This document shows, in pieces, positions 26,126 to 36,055 of a DNA stretch of 64,000 nt. How positions within the stretch are numbered: position 1 is the first letter of the stretch; the number at the start of each line of letters is the position of its first letter. Under the pieces are notes generated by a model, which was not told where the DNA came from, did no database searches, and saw only the letters and a list, made by a program, of their open reading frames with translations. The translations under genes were made by a program, and so were the position numbers. This DNA comes from Nitrospirota bacterium (GTDB lineage: Bacteria > Nitrospirota > Nitrospiria > Nitrospirales > Nitrospiraceae), in NCBI GenBank assembly GCA_963701855.1, contig CAVPBK010000005.1, positions 279,729-343,728 of the forward strand, given 5' to 3'.

Positions 26126-28540
26126 ATGCGACCCATTATATGGGGCCATCGTATTGTTCGTTCGGTATGTCTCTGTGTCATCTGTCTGAGTTTTCTTTAT
26201 CAGGGCCATGCTGTTGCAGCCGAGCCCAATCTCATCACCGGATCGGTGCAGAATCAGGATCTCCGCCGGGTGGATCAAGCCATCGTGCAGGTGCGAGATC
26301 AGGAAGGGACCGTAGTCGCCCAAGGCGTGACGAACCAGGCTGGCGAATTTTCCGTCATCGTGTCGCAGGAGGGGACCTATTCCGTGAGCGCCATCCAGGA
26401 GACCTACCGCAGTGAATATGTGGTGGTGAAGATCGGCACGGAACCTCCGGCTCCAGTGACCCTGTCGTTGGCCCTGACGCAGGACATCGCGCTCGAAATT
26501 CGATCGCCGCTTCCTCCCATCCAATACAAGGCCTCAAGCGAGACGTATTCCGTGAGCCGGAAGGACATCGAGATCCTCCCACGAGGCAACAATAACACCG
26601 TCGCGGAGGTCTTACAGACGGTGCCCAGTGTGGTGTACGGGGCCTTGGGGGAAACCCATATCCGCCAGGACCACGCCAATCAGCAGTTCCGGATCGATGG
26701 GGTGCCCATTCCGGAAGGGGTGAGCGCGACCTTCACCGACGTGATTTCGCCCCGCATGTGGGAACGCGCAGATATTATTCTCGGAGGCATGGAGGCCCAG
26801 TACGGCAACAAGACGGCGCTCGTGGTCGATATCACCAGCAAGAGCGGCACCAGTCCTTCGTTCGGCTCGGCCCAGATGTTTGGCGGCTCGAACCAGACGG
26901 TGAATCCGTCGTTCGAATACGGCGGCACGGTCGGCGAGAAGGTCCGCTTCTATGCCCTCAACAGCTATACATCGACCGATCGGGGCATCGAGCCGCCGAC
27001 AGCCGGCCATTCGATCTTTCACGGTCAGAGCGAGCGCAATCAAACCTATCTGCGAGGGGACTTTCAGCACGACAACCGCAATAGCGTGAGCTGGGTGTTC
27101 TTGAACGCGGTGGCGAAGTATCAGATTCCGACGATCCCGGGTTTGGCGGTGAACCCAGCTGTGCTACCGCTCCTGCAGGTGCAGGATCCCACCTTCTCAC
27201 CCGTGGCCTCCCAGGCGGTCAACCAGAACCAGAAGGAGAATTCGCAATACACCCACCTGGTCTGGCGCCATGACGTGGACGCCGAACAGTCTTTCCAGCT
27301 CGCCGGGTTCCTCCGGAACTCGTATGCGAACTTCACGACCGACCCGTTCAACACACTCGCCTACACACCCGATCAGCAGACGGCCAATCAGAAGCGCAAG
27401 GCCTACTCACTCGGGACGCGGCTCGACTATACGTGGACTCCCAACACACAACATCTCGTGAAGACGGGGTTTCAGTTCCAGTACACGAATGCGCAGAATG
27501 AATTCCAGCTGTTTAACTTCGCAGTAGATCCGGGCACGGGTCTTCCGACCGGACCGGTGCTCACGCAAACCGCTGCCAATACCAATGTGCAGAAGCGCGA
27601 AGAGTTCTGGGTCCAAGACCAATGGAGCCCGACCGACCAGTGGACCCTCAACCTGGGTGTGCGGTATGACCAGATTCAAAGCTTCTACAATGAAGGGCAG
27701 ATCAGTCCACGCCTCGGCGTCACGTACAAGTTGAATCCGTCGCACGTCTTTCATGCCAATTATAGCCGGCTGTTCACGCCGCCGAATGTCGAGCAGATCG
27801 CCTTTACGAAGGTGAATCTCCAGGGCACCACCGCCCAACCCGATGACCCGACCGGATTCAACCCCAGGGCGGAGCGCTCCAACTATTTCGAAGTGGGGAG
27901 TTACCACGCGCTGACCAACTGGGCCACGCTGGAGTTGGCCGCCTATTACAAGCGAAGTCACTTCCAGTCCGATGCGGGGCAGTTTGGGACCACCCCGATG
28001 CTGAACTTCTTTGCCTTTCAGTGGGGCTATCAAATGGGTATTGACGGCGCGCTCAAAATGCAAATCACTGACAACTTCAGTGCGCGAGGGAATGTGGCGT
28101 GGGGCCGGTGCAAAGCCAATGGGTTGCAGTCGGGGCAATACCTGCTGGAGACAAAAGAGATTAACGACATCAATACGGCAGGCGGCGTCTTCTGCGACCA
28201 CTCGCAGTTGATGACGAGTTCTGCGGTGGCGGCCTATCGGTTCCGAGAGCGGACGACCGTGTCGGGTCAGATGCTCTATGGTTCAGGCCTGCGGACCGCG
28301 GTGAATGATGATGCGTTCACCAACTCCTCACACTTCCAGTCCCATACCACCTACAATGCCTCAGTGACCCACGTGTTTCCTCTGCCGTGGGATCAGCAAA
28401 AAATGCTGGTGGGATTCGACGTCATCAATGTGCTCGACCAGCAGTACTTCTATAATACGGGCGGAGGGAGTATCGGGCTCGGGGTGGCCCATGCGGGGAT
28501 GCCCCGTTCCTTCTTTTTCCGTGCGCAATGGTTCTTCTGA
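26126..28540 (+). CDS. TonB-dependent receptor with N-terminal carboxypeptidase-regulatory-like domain (probable metal uptake)
   Basis: ITGSVQ..TNQAGEF..GTYSV domain, plug HIRQDH..IDGVP, beta-barrel, C-terminal PRSFFFRAQWFF; SD GGAGG. Confidence 0.93.
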   Translation: MRPIIWGHRIVRSVCLCVICLSFLYQGHAVAAEPNLITGSVQNQDLRRVDQAIVQVRDQEGTVVAQGVTNQAGEFSVIVSQEGTYSVSAIQETYRSEYVVVKIGTEPPAPVTLSLALTQDIALEIRSPLPPIQYKASSETYSVSRKDIEILPRGNNNTVAEVLQTVPSVVYGALGETHIRQDHANQQFRIDGVPIPEGVSATFTDVISPRMWERADIILGGMEAQYGNKTALVVDITSKSGTSPSFGSAQMFGGSNQTVNPSFEYGGTVGEKVRFYALNSYTSTDRGIEPPTAGHSIFHGQSERNQTYLRGDFQHDNRNSVSWVFLNAVAKYQIPTIPGLAVNPAVLPLLQVQDPTFSPVASQAVNQNQKENSQYTHLVWRHDVDAEQSFQLAGFLRNSYANFTTDPFNTLAYTPDQQTANQKRKAYSLGTRLDYTWTPNTQHLVKTGFQFQYTNAQNEFQLFNFAVDPGTGLPTGPVLTQTAANTNVQKREEFWVQDQWSPTDQWTLNLGVRYDQIQSFYNEGQISPRLGVTYKLNPSHVFHANYSRLFTPPNVEQIAFTKVNLQGTTAQPDDPTGFNPRAERSNYFEVGSYHALTNWATLELAAYYKRSHFQSDAGQFGTTPMLNFFAFQWGYQMGIDGALKMQITDNFSARGNVAWGRCKANGLQSGQYLLETKEINDINTAGGVFCDHSQLMTSSAVAAYRFRERTTVSGQMLYGSGLRTAVNDDAFTNSSHFQSHTTYNASVTHVFPLPWDQQKMLVGFDVINVLDQQYFYNTGGGSIGLGVAHAGMPRSFFFRAQWFF

Positions 28541-28642
28541 TGAGGGCTAGGTTGAGGTCAAGGTCAAGGTTCAGGCAAGATGAAAACAATCGTATGTAAC
28601 CGGAGGCTAGACCGTACCCCAAGACGACTGGGGAGCTATATC

Positions 28643-29080
28643 ATGCAGAAATTTTATTGGGTTGTTCGGGTGTGCATGTTCGTTGTGTCTCTCTGGCCGG
28701 CCATAGCATTCGCGGTGGCGGGCGATGAGGCGACGCATGAGATGGATCATAGCGAAGACGTCTTGGAGTTGCCGGAGGTCCATGTCCATGGCTTGTCTCT
28801 CAACAAGGACCAGCAGCTTGGGCCGGTCGCCAAATCTACTCCTTGGCCCGGCATTCCCTCCTCGCTGGACGGCAAAGAACTCGACGACTGGATGAAAGCC
28901 CGCATGATGGTCTCGAAAGATGCCAAAGTAACGGTCGTCGTTCTGGAGCCGTGCAAACACCGGGAACTCACCATCGCCGGTATGGCTGCGTTGAACAAAT
29001 GGACCTTCGAGCCTCAGCTGAAAGGCGATGAGCCAGTTGACGGGGAACTCACTGTGCGCATCCATTTCCGCACGAAGTGA
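28643..29080 (+). CDS. Exported TonB C-terminal domain protein
   Basis: Signal peptide AFA; ALNKWTFEP..GDEPVDG..VRIHF. Confidence 0.75.
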   Translation: MQKFYWVVRVCMFVVSLWPAIAFAVAGDEATHEMDHSEDVLELPEVHVHGLSLNKDQQLGPVAKSTPWPGIPSSLDGKELDDWMKARMMVSKDAKVTVVVLEPCKHRELTIAGMAALNKWTFEPQLKGDEPVDGELTVRIHFRTK

Positions 29081-29130
29081 TATCGCAAAGAGCTGAAGGC
29101 GGATAGCTGATAGTACGGACTAGAATCCGG

Positions 29131-29174
29131 ACAACCAAACAAACCAAACAAACCAGATAGACCAGACAGACCAG
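29131..29174. repeat. Half copy of the family A 9-nt tandem repeat
   Basis: AACCAAACA AACCAAACA AACCAGATA GACCAGACA GACCAG directly before an ATG. Confidence 0.7.
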
Positions 29175-29726
29175 ATGAGCTTGGACGAATCTCTCTTTCG
29201 CGCCATCAACGGGTTCGCCGGACAGTCGGCCTGGTTAGACGGACTGGCACTCAATCTCTCCAATTCAAGCCTGCTGTGGGTTCCCGGTATCTTGCTGACA
29301 GGCTATTGGCTGTGGTTGTCGTGGAGAGAGGTGTTGTTGGCCGCTCCGGTGCTGGCTGTTTCTATCGGCTTGTTGGATTTCGTGGGAGCGCGGATCAAAG
29401 ATTTTGCAGTTCGTCCGCGACCCTGTATGGCGCTTTCGGATATCCACCAGATCGAAGCCTGCGGCAAGACCTTCGGATTTCCGTCGAACCACGCCATCAA
29501 CACTGCGACAGCGGCAGCCTTTTTCCATGTGCTCTATCCGCGGTCAGGCTGGGTGAGTTGGCCGTTGGTCGGACTGATCGGTCTGTCTCGTGTGTATATC
29601 GGGGCCCACTACGTCACGGACGTGCTGGGAGGTTGGGTGATCGGCGGCTTGTTCGGGGCCGGTGCCGCGTGGCTGCTCCTGCGCTATTCTCGTGTCCGCA
29701 CTTCACGTGAAACTCCTGCTGTATAA
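29175..29726 (+). CDS. PAP2-family membrane phosphatase
   Basis: K..RPRP, FPSNH, SRVYIGAHYVTDV. Confidence 0.92.
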   Translation: MSLDESLFRAINGFAGQSAWLDGLALNLSNSSLLWVPGILLTGYWLWLSWREVLLAAPVLAVSIGLLDFVGARIKDFAVRPRPCMALSDIHQIEACGKTFGFPSNHAINTATAAAFFHVLYPRSGWVSWPLVGLIGLSRVYIGAHYVTDVLGGWVIGGLFGAGAAWLLLRYSRVRTSRETPAV

Positions 29727-29967
29727 GCCCGAATAATTCATGACGCTTCTGCTGCAAGTGCGGATACGCGGCTGTGACGGGCAGTCTCGTCGTTCAGCCC
29801 TTCGACATACTGTTGGGGACTGGCACCCTTCTTCTTGGTGCCTGTCCCCGTCCGAGAAGCGGGACAGGCACTGCCGCAGACAGCAGAGCCGGTCCCTGGC
29901 CGCCGCGTGCCCGTCTCGCTTCGTGTCTGCACGCTTTCGTGACGAGCCTTCATGAATAATGCGGGCT
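29726..29967. mobile_element. MITE-like element (family M2, 242 bp)
   Basis: 18-bp terminal inverted repeats AGCCCGAATAATTCATGA / TCATGAATAATGCGGGCT (16/18); related to 47988-48065. Confidence 0.7.
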
Positions 29968-30940
29968 AACTCCTTGTGCCCTCCTGGCTTTCAAGACAGC
30001 GTAACAGTTCTGCTTGGCAGCGCTCCTGGTCGTAGCCTCGTCCGATCAACACGATCGCGTGGCTCGGTTCGTCAAGCAACGTGATGGGCGTGATGGTGGC
30101 GTTGCCTGGCGGGGCATATTGAAATTCTTGAAGCTCCGGTCCCTTGGCGAACCGGAAGAAGCCTTTCGCCCGTTCAAGTTCAGGGGGCAGGGTCTTCATC
30201 CAGCGCAGGAATCGTTCAAAATTCAACGGGCCTGGCAGCCGAACCGTTGTGGCAATTGGATGATACGATGCCCGTGTCTTCGTCGCGGATGATCGAGGCG
30301 CTCCGAATTCTACATTCACTGTCGGTGTAGACGACATGCGGGTGATTGGTTCGAGCAGCGAGGAGGGATCGACTTTGGCATGGCTGGTTTCCCAGGCCCG
30401 CGCATAGGGATTCTGATCGGTGATCGAGGTCTTGAATGCTTCCCAATGCCCAGGAACATAGAGATCTCGTTTGTTGAGAATGAGTTCATCGGCGCACCGA
30501 ATCGCCTGCCTGGTGACGAATCCCCCCATACTCTCCCTATCTGTTGGGATCGGATGTAGTAAGGCGATGACTTTTTCTAAATGTGTGAGGCGCGCGGTAT
30601 AGAGATCGGTGACGCCATCGATGACTTCGGCTGGATCGGCCATGCCTGAACATTCCAGGATGATCACATCCGACTCATAGTCTTGCACCAGTTGCGCGAT
30701 CCCCCAGGACAAGTCTTCCTTCGTGTCGCAACAGACGCAGCCGCCGGCGAGGTTCATGACTTGCTCGGCGATGGTGCCTGCGCGGGGGCCGTCGATGCTC
30801 ACCTCCCCAGCTTCGTTCATCAACACGCCGGCCCGTTTGCCCTGGTTCTTCCAATATTCAAGCAGCCGCATCAAAAGCGTGGTTTTCCCTGCGCCGAGGG
30901 AGCCACAAAGGATATAGAAGGGAACTGGAGACGCACGCAT
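29966..30940 (-). CDS. COG0523/CobW-family G3E metallochaperone GTPase
   Basis: GSLGAGKTT, NEAGE, GCVCC metal motif, ECSG, NKRD, RAKG in the CobW C-terminal domain. Confidence 0.92.
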   Translation of the reverse strand: MRASPVPFYILCGSLGAGKTTLLMRLLEYWKNQGKRAGVLMNEAGEVSIDGPRAGTIAEQVMNLAGGCVCCDTKEDLSWGIAQLVQDYESDVIILECSGMADPAEVIDGVTDLYTARLTHLEKVIALLHPIPTDRESMGGFVTRQAIRCADELILNKRDLYVPGHWEAFKTSITDQNPYARAWETSHAKVDPSSLLEPITRMSSTPTVNVEFGAPRSSATKTRASYHPIATTVRLPGPLNFERFLRWMKTLPPELERAKGFFRFAKGPELQEFQYAPPGNATITPITLLDEPSHAIVLIGRGYDQERCQAELLRCLESQEGTRS

Positions 30941-31175
30941 GGATTACCCCTGATCGACAGTGAGGACACAGATTCATCCACAGGCATTCTACCGAGACAC
31001 AGGATGAACAAAAAGGGGGGGACTTGGAGATAAGGCTGCCTGGCGTATTCGCCAAGTATCGTTTTCATGTGGAGAGTAGTATTTGAGTATAAACGGCAGT
31101 GCCATCGCCCTTTCAAGTGAAGGCTACACTGTGAACAACCAGAGGCCACCTTAACCTGCTTCTGTGCCCCGATGT

Positions 31176-31982
31176 CTACCGCGTGGAGATGACGAGGCTG
31201 TTGTTTTCGACTCGAACGGATTCAATCTGGGGTGGAAGCTGGAACTTGTCTCGATTGTTCGGCGAATCGAATAATTGATGTACGACACTGTCGAGAGTCG
31301 AGGATGGAATGGGTAATGAACCAATCTTGCCGGCCGTGGGTTGGAGCCGAATGTAACCTCCTTGGGTTGTGAGCGTGCCGTCGAGTTGCAGTGAGATCTC
31401 TTTCCCATAGAGGGCGAAGAGGGCATAGGCCCGAAGTTGGTTGCCCATGAGGTTGATGCGGACATCTTTCAAAGCCGATTGAATCTCTTGCACGTTCGGT
31501 TCGCTTCCTGTGGGCGCCGGGATACCGGCCTGTCGTGCTTGATGGGTTGAGGCGATTGCGAGATTGTCACGCATCCACCGATTCAGCTCTGCTTCACTGA
31601 GTGTGAGTGTGTGAGGCTGGTTCGATTGCACGGCCATTTGTAGCTGGGCCATCTTCTCAGCGACGCGATCGGCTGCCTGCGGATCGGTTTGGATCGGCAG
31701 TGGCGGCGCTTGGCGAAGAATTAACAGCAAGATGCCGACTGTGGCGGCCAGCGAGATCCAGGGAAGAACGCGGAATACACGAGATACCAATCCTGGCGTC
31801 GCTGCTTGCGTCGTGGTCTCAGCGTCGGTGATCGGGGGAGTCTCGACAGCCGGAACCGGTGGTTTGAACTTGGAGAAAACGATTCCGCACCGCCGACACT
31901 CCGGTCCCTCCTCCTGTTCGAAACCGCACTTGGGGCAGCGTATGGCCGCCCTGCTCGACGATGGCGAAGATTGCAGTCGCAT
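31176..31982 (-). CDS. Hypothetical zinc-ribbon membrane protein
   Basis: CPKC..CRRCG N-terminus, one TM segment, C-terminal soluble domain. Confidence 0.75.
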   Translation of the reverse strand: MRLQSSPSSSRAAIRCPKCGFEQEEGPECRRCGIVFSKFKPPVPAVETPPITDAETTTQAATPGLVSRVFRVLPWISLAATVGILLLILRQAPPLPIQTDPQAADRVAEKMAQLQMAVQSNQPHTLTLSEAELNRWMRDNLAIASTHQARQAGIPAPTGSEPNVQEIQSALKDVRINLMGNQLRAYALFALYGKEISLQLDGTLTTQGGYIRLQPTAGKIGSLPIPSSTLDSVVHQLFDSPNNRDKFQLPPQIESVRVENNSLVISTR

Positions 31983-32184
31983 GAAGTGACTGTAGTTCAG
32001 AGAAGCGGGGAGCGCAAAGAATAGTTCGAAATAGCCAGGGAGGGATTGTCATAATCCATCCTTCGCGAGCGGAATCGACCCCACTACTTTCCGTAAAAAA
32101 TGAGTGAGTAAAGGAGAGGCCTCAAAAGGTTAGCTATGGAAAAATACGGAAACCGATTGCTCCTTTGTATTTGCCCATGTTCTT

Positions 32185-32583
32185 GTGAAGTTTCAGTTTC
32201 TTGAAGAAGGTATACGGATATACCTAAAGGCAGCCTATGCTTTGACCAAGAAAAGAATGCAGGATTCAATTCCCATAAATTTATCTGCAGAAACCTTGAA
32301 CAATAAATCTCTTTCGGTGCTATTGCGTGATTTTAAAAAATTTAACAGCAATGCTCACTTGATCGATAACATCGGCAAGTTAATTCCGAAACGCAATCAT
32401 CTCGCTCATGTAGCTTTTTACAGGATGTATCTTCAACTAGAAGAGGGGAAAGACATTACCCCAGATAGACAAGAGGCAATACAGGTGGGCAGTGAGGCTG
32501 CTCAGTGCATTAAGTTGCTGCATAAAGAAATCGAAATTGTAGAAAGTCTATGTCAAAAGGAAGGCATCATGACTCTCGAATGA
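32185..32583 (+). CDS. AT-rich hypothetical protein, possibly frameshifted at its 5' end
   Basis: Visibly lower GC than neighbours; RNHLAH (R-x4-H, HEPN-like) motif; upstream ATG 32136 is one base out of frame. Confidence 0.55.
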   Translation: MKFQFLEEGIRIYLKAAYALTKKRMQDSIPINLSAETLNNKSLSVLLRDFKKFNSNAHLIDNIGKLIPKRNHLAHVAFYRMYLQLEEGKDITPDRQEAIQVGSEAAQCIKLLHKEIEIVESLCQKEGIMTLE

Positions 32584-32832
32584 TCGCTGAGTCGAGAGTG
32601 TGGCTAGCTATCTTGCAGCTGCGATAGCTGCTTCCACCCACCTTTATAGAACGACCTGCTCCAGCCAGGTAAACTCCCCCCACGCTTCTCGCCTCAACTG
32701 CATCTCCCTACCACCACCACACTCGCCCCCTCTTCTCCACCCACCCTTCCAAAAATGGTGGTCTGAGTTGCTCCATGAATTCGCGCTTTCAATGAGAGCC
32801 TGCTATTCCTGCAGGGAATAGGCAGACTGTTC

Positions 32833-32885
32833 TTCACTGCGCGCATCCAACGAGGGCCTTCGGAGGCCGCGCGTTGCGCGAGCAC
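32833..32885 (+). repeat. Dispersed 53-bp GC-rich repeat (family R53)
   Basis: 48/53 identical to 56124-56176; internal GGCCT-TCGG-AGGCC hairpin. Confidence 0.85.
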
Positions 32886-33025
32886 AGAAGATCATCAGGC
32901 TCCATCCCCGGTCCCCCGTTGACTCTCTTTCCGCCCCTTTGTTAGACTTCTCCTTCAAATCTAAGCCCTTGAAAGACCCCTTGTATTTCTAGCTGGACGG
33001 CTTTAGCAACAGAAAGCACCACGGT

Positions 33026-35998
33026 ATGATCAAAGCTTGGCTGCTTGATGAGATGTTTCGGTATGATCGCATGCATCTAACCATCGATGGGACCCTTGGC
33101 GAATGGGGCGCCGGTGATTCGATTGCCGCTGAAGAAGAACTTCCACCGCCTCCGGCGAACGTGGCCGCGAAATCGGGGAACGGCTGGGTCACCATTACGT
33201 GGGATCCCGTTCCCGATGCCATGTACTACAACCTCTATTTCCAAACCACCAAGGGCGTGATGATCAAGTTTTCCGATCTCACGCGTCCGATTGCCAGCGC
33301 CGACGACTTCAAAGCCGTCATTGGGGTAAAAAAAGATAAAGGCACCTGTGTGGAAGGCGTTCAAAGTCCCTTTGTCCATGACGATCTGGCCAACGGGACT
33401 TGTTACCACTATGTCGTGACCGTGGTGACGCAAAAGGGGGAGAGTCTCGAGTCTCAAGAGGTCATGGCGATTCCTTCGCCCTATCTGTTGGCCATGAGTA
33501 TCGGCCGAGAGGGTGTGGACGACGGGGAGTTCAGCTCGCCCACGGGGATCACGCTCGACAAGGATGGCAATATCTACATCGCGGATACCGATAACCATAC
33601 GATTCAGAAGTTCGATAAGTCCGGAAAGTTTGTCGCGCGATGGGGCGGCGACCCTTCTTCGCAGGAAGGGAGCTTCTACTATCCGCGTGGATTGGCCGTC
33701 GGGCCAAACGATGTGCTGTACATTGCAGACAGCGGCAATAACCGCATTCAGAAGCTCGATCTCAACGGCAATGCGATGCAGGCCTGGGGCAAGTTCGGCT
33801 TTGCGTGGCGCGGGGCCGATCTGGGCAAGTTCGATGTGCCCTGGGGGCTCGCGACGGACGCAGAAGGGAATCTCTACATCTCGGACACGAGCAACGCGCG
33901 GATTCAGAAGTTCACGTCTGACGGGCAGGCCCTGCTTAAATGGGGTCGTGATGGGAGCTTCGACGGCGCCTTCTTCTTCCCTCGCGGCGTGGCCGTCGAT
34001 TTTGTCGGCAATATCTTCGTCGCCGATGAAAGCAATAATCGCATTCAGAAGTTCGATGCCCGTGGGAGTTTTCTTGCCAAGTGGGGGCGAGAAGGGGCTG
34101 GTCCAGGGCAATTCAAGTCTCCCTGGGGGATTGCCTGCGATGCGCTCGGCAATGTCTATGTTGTCGATACCGGTAACCACCGCATCCAAAAGTTCGATGG
34201 CAACGGGACGTTCCTGTGTGCCTGGGGAAACCGTGGGAAGACGGAAGGGCAGCTCAACTTTCCTTACGGGATTGCCGTCGACAAAGAAGGCGCGGTCTAT
34301 GTGGTCGACAGCGGCAATGGCCGTATTCTGAAGTATGTGCCGACGGACGAAGAGCTCAATCGCGGCAAGGATGAGGCGTCAACCGATCAGGCGCCGAGCG
34401 AGACTCCGGCGCCCCGTAGCGTGGCAGTCAAAGCCGGCGATACAGAGGCCTTCCTGAGTTGGATGACGGTTCCCGGCGCGCAGTCCTACAACCTGTATTT
34501 CAATACGATCCCGAAGCTCACGACTCAGACGGCGACAAAAATCGAAGGTGTGACGAATCCCTATACACATACCGGCCTCTCGAACGATACCCCCTATCAC
34601 TATGCCTTGACCACGGTATTCGAGACCGGCGTCGAGAGCGAGTTGTCGAATGAAGTGACGGTGACGCCGGTGCTTATCGATATCACGGCGCCCCAAAATC
34701 CCTATGCCGTGATCAATCATGGCGCGTTCATGACGAATACACCGGAAATCGTCGTCACGATTTCAGCGAACGATGTCGATACCGGAGTCGCAGCCTACTT
34801 TGTCTCCGAGGCGCCAATGACTCCCACAGCGGGGATGCCGGGATGGGTCGATGTGACGCCGGCCACCAAGTTCGGGGCGACGATCCCATTTATTTTGTCG
34901 CTGGGAGACGGGCAGAAGTCGATCTACGTCTGGTTTAAGGATGTGGGCGGGAACGTCTCCACCCCTGCGAGCGCCACGGTTCTGGTTAACACGTCGGGGT
35001 ATCTCTGCGTGTCCGAATGGGGCCGTACGGGCCGCGGCGCATCCTTGCTGCATGGCGGCGAGTTCATGGCCCCGATCTACGGGCTCTGCGTCGATCAGCA
35101 GGGATCGCTGTTCGTGGTCGATAACGGCAACAACCGGGTCCAGAAATTCGACAATGCCGGCAACTTCATCATCCTGTGGGGCAACTTCGGTTCGTCCAAT
35201 TCCAACTTCCATAATGCTACGGGGATTGCCTGCGACGGCAAGGGCGACGTCTGGGTGGTCGATACGAACAATCATCGCGTGCAGAAATTCGACGGGAAGC
35301 TCGGCGGCTATCTTATGAAGTTTGGGTCGCGTGGAAACGGTGAAGGACAGTTCAACTCACCCTGGGGCATCGCGGTCGATCGGGTGCGCGGGTATGTCTA
35401 TGTGGTTGACAGCGCCAACTTCCGCGTCCAGAAATTCGACATGAACGGGGAGTTCATCATGTCCTGGGGCAGCTTCGGAAACGGAGATGGCCAATTTTAC
35501 TTTCCACGTGGCGTGGCGGTGGACCAGACAGACGGTTTTGTGTACATCGTCGATATGGGTAATCACCGGATTCAGAAGTTCGACACCAGCACCAATGTGC
35601 TCCCGCAGTTGCTGACCAAGTGGGGCGGCAGTGCCGAGCCGGGTCACGCCAGCAGCCCGCTCGCGCAGGAAGCTGGTCAGTTGCGGTCTCCCTGGGGTAT
35701 TACGGTGGATGGGGCCGGCGATGTGTATGTGTCGGATACTGGTAATCACCGTGTCGAGAAGTTCGATAAAGAGGGCAACTTCATCACCCAGTGGGGTGGG
35801 TTCGGGAATGGAAAAGGGCAATTCAATTTTCCCTACGGCATCGCAGTCGATGCGAAGGGCAGTGTGTTCGTTGTCGATAGCGGGAACACCAGGGTCGAAC
35901 AGTTCATGCCGGCGGACGAGGGGAGCGAGCGTCTCCAAGAAGACGCGGAAACGGTGGCCGAGATCGGGAACGCGCAACCCGCGAAACGTGAAGCGTGA
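33026..35998 (+). CDS. NHL-repeat beta-propeller protein with fibronectin type III domains
   Basis: About 12 NHL repeats (F..P.GIAVD..G.VYV.D.GN.RIQKF) in two blocks; two FN3-like segments (W..VP.A..YNLYF). Confidence 0.9.
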   Translation: MIKAWLLDEMFRYDRMHLTIDGTLGEWGAGDSIAAEEELPPPPANVAAKSGNGWVTITWDPVPDAMYYNLYFQTTKGVMIKFSDLTRPIASADDFKAVIGVKKDKGTCVEGVQSPFVHDDLANGTCYHYVVTVVTQKGESLESQEVMAIPSPYLLAMSIGREGVDDGEFSSPTGITLDKDGNIYIADTDNHTIQKFDKSGKFVARWGGDPSSQEGSFYYPRGLAVGPNDVLYIADSGNNRIQKLDLNGNAMQAWGKFGFAWRGADLGKFDVPWGLATDAEGNLYISDTSNARIQKFTSDGQALLKWGRDGSFDGAFFFPRGVAVDFVGNIFVADESNNRIQKFDARGSFLAKWGREGAGPGQFKSPWGIACDALGNVYVVDTGNHRIQKFDGNGTFLCAWGNRGKTEGQLNFPYGIAVDKEGAVYVVDSGNGRILKYVPTDEELNRGKDEASTDQAPSETPAPRSVAVKAGDTEAFLSWMTVPGAQSYNLYFNTIPKLTTQTATKIEGVTNPYTHTGLSNDTPYHYALTTVFETGVESELSNEVTVTPVLIDITAPQNPYAVINHGAFMTNTPEIVVTISANDVDTGVAAYFVSEAPMTPTAGMPGWVDVTPATKFGATIPFILSLGDGQKSIYVWFKDVGGNVSTPASATVLVNTSGYLCVSEWGRTGRGASLLHGGEFMAPIYGLCVDQQGSLFVVDNGNNRVQKFDNAGNFIILWGNFGSSNSNFHNATGIACDGKGDVWVVDTNNHRVQKFDGKLGGYLMKFGSRGNGEGQFNSPWGIAVDRVRGYVYVVDSANFRVQKFDMNGEFIMSWGSFGNGDGQFYFPRGVAVDQTDGFVYIVDMGNHRIQKFDTSTNVLPQLLTKWGGSAEPGHASSPLAQEAGQLRSPWGITVDGAGDVYVSDTGNHRVEKFDKEGNFITQWGGFGNGKGQFNFPYGIAVDAKGSVFVVDSGNTRVEQFMPADEGSERLQEDAETVAEIGNAQPAKREA

Positions 35999-36055
35999 AG
36001 CGTATCTCGTTCAAGTGTTTCAAGCTAGACTTTCGGATGTGATGATGGAGCGATC

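Noticed and set aside
31140..31150. AGAGGCCA box resembling the leader motif
   Set aside because: It is isolated, antisense to the flanking genes, and has no second box or hairpin.
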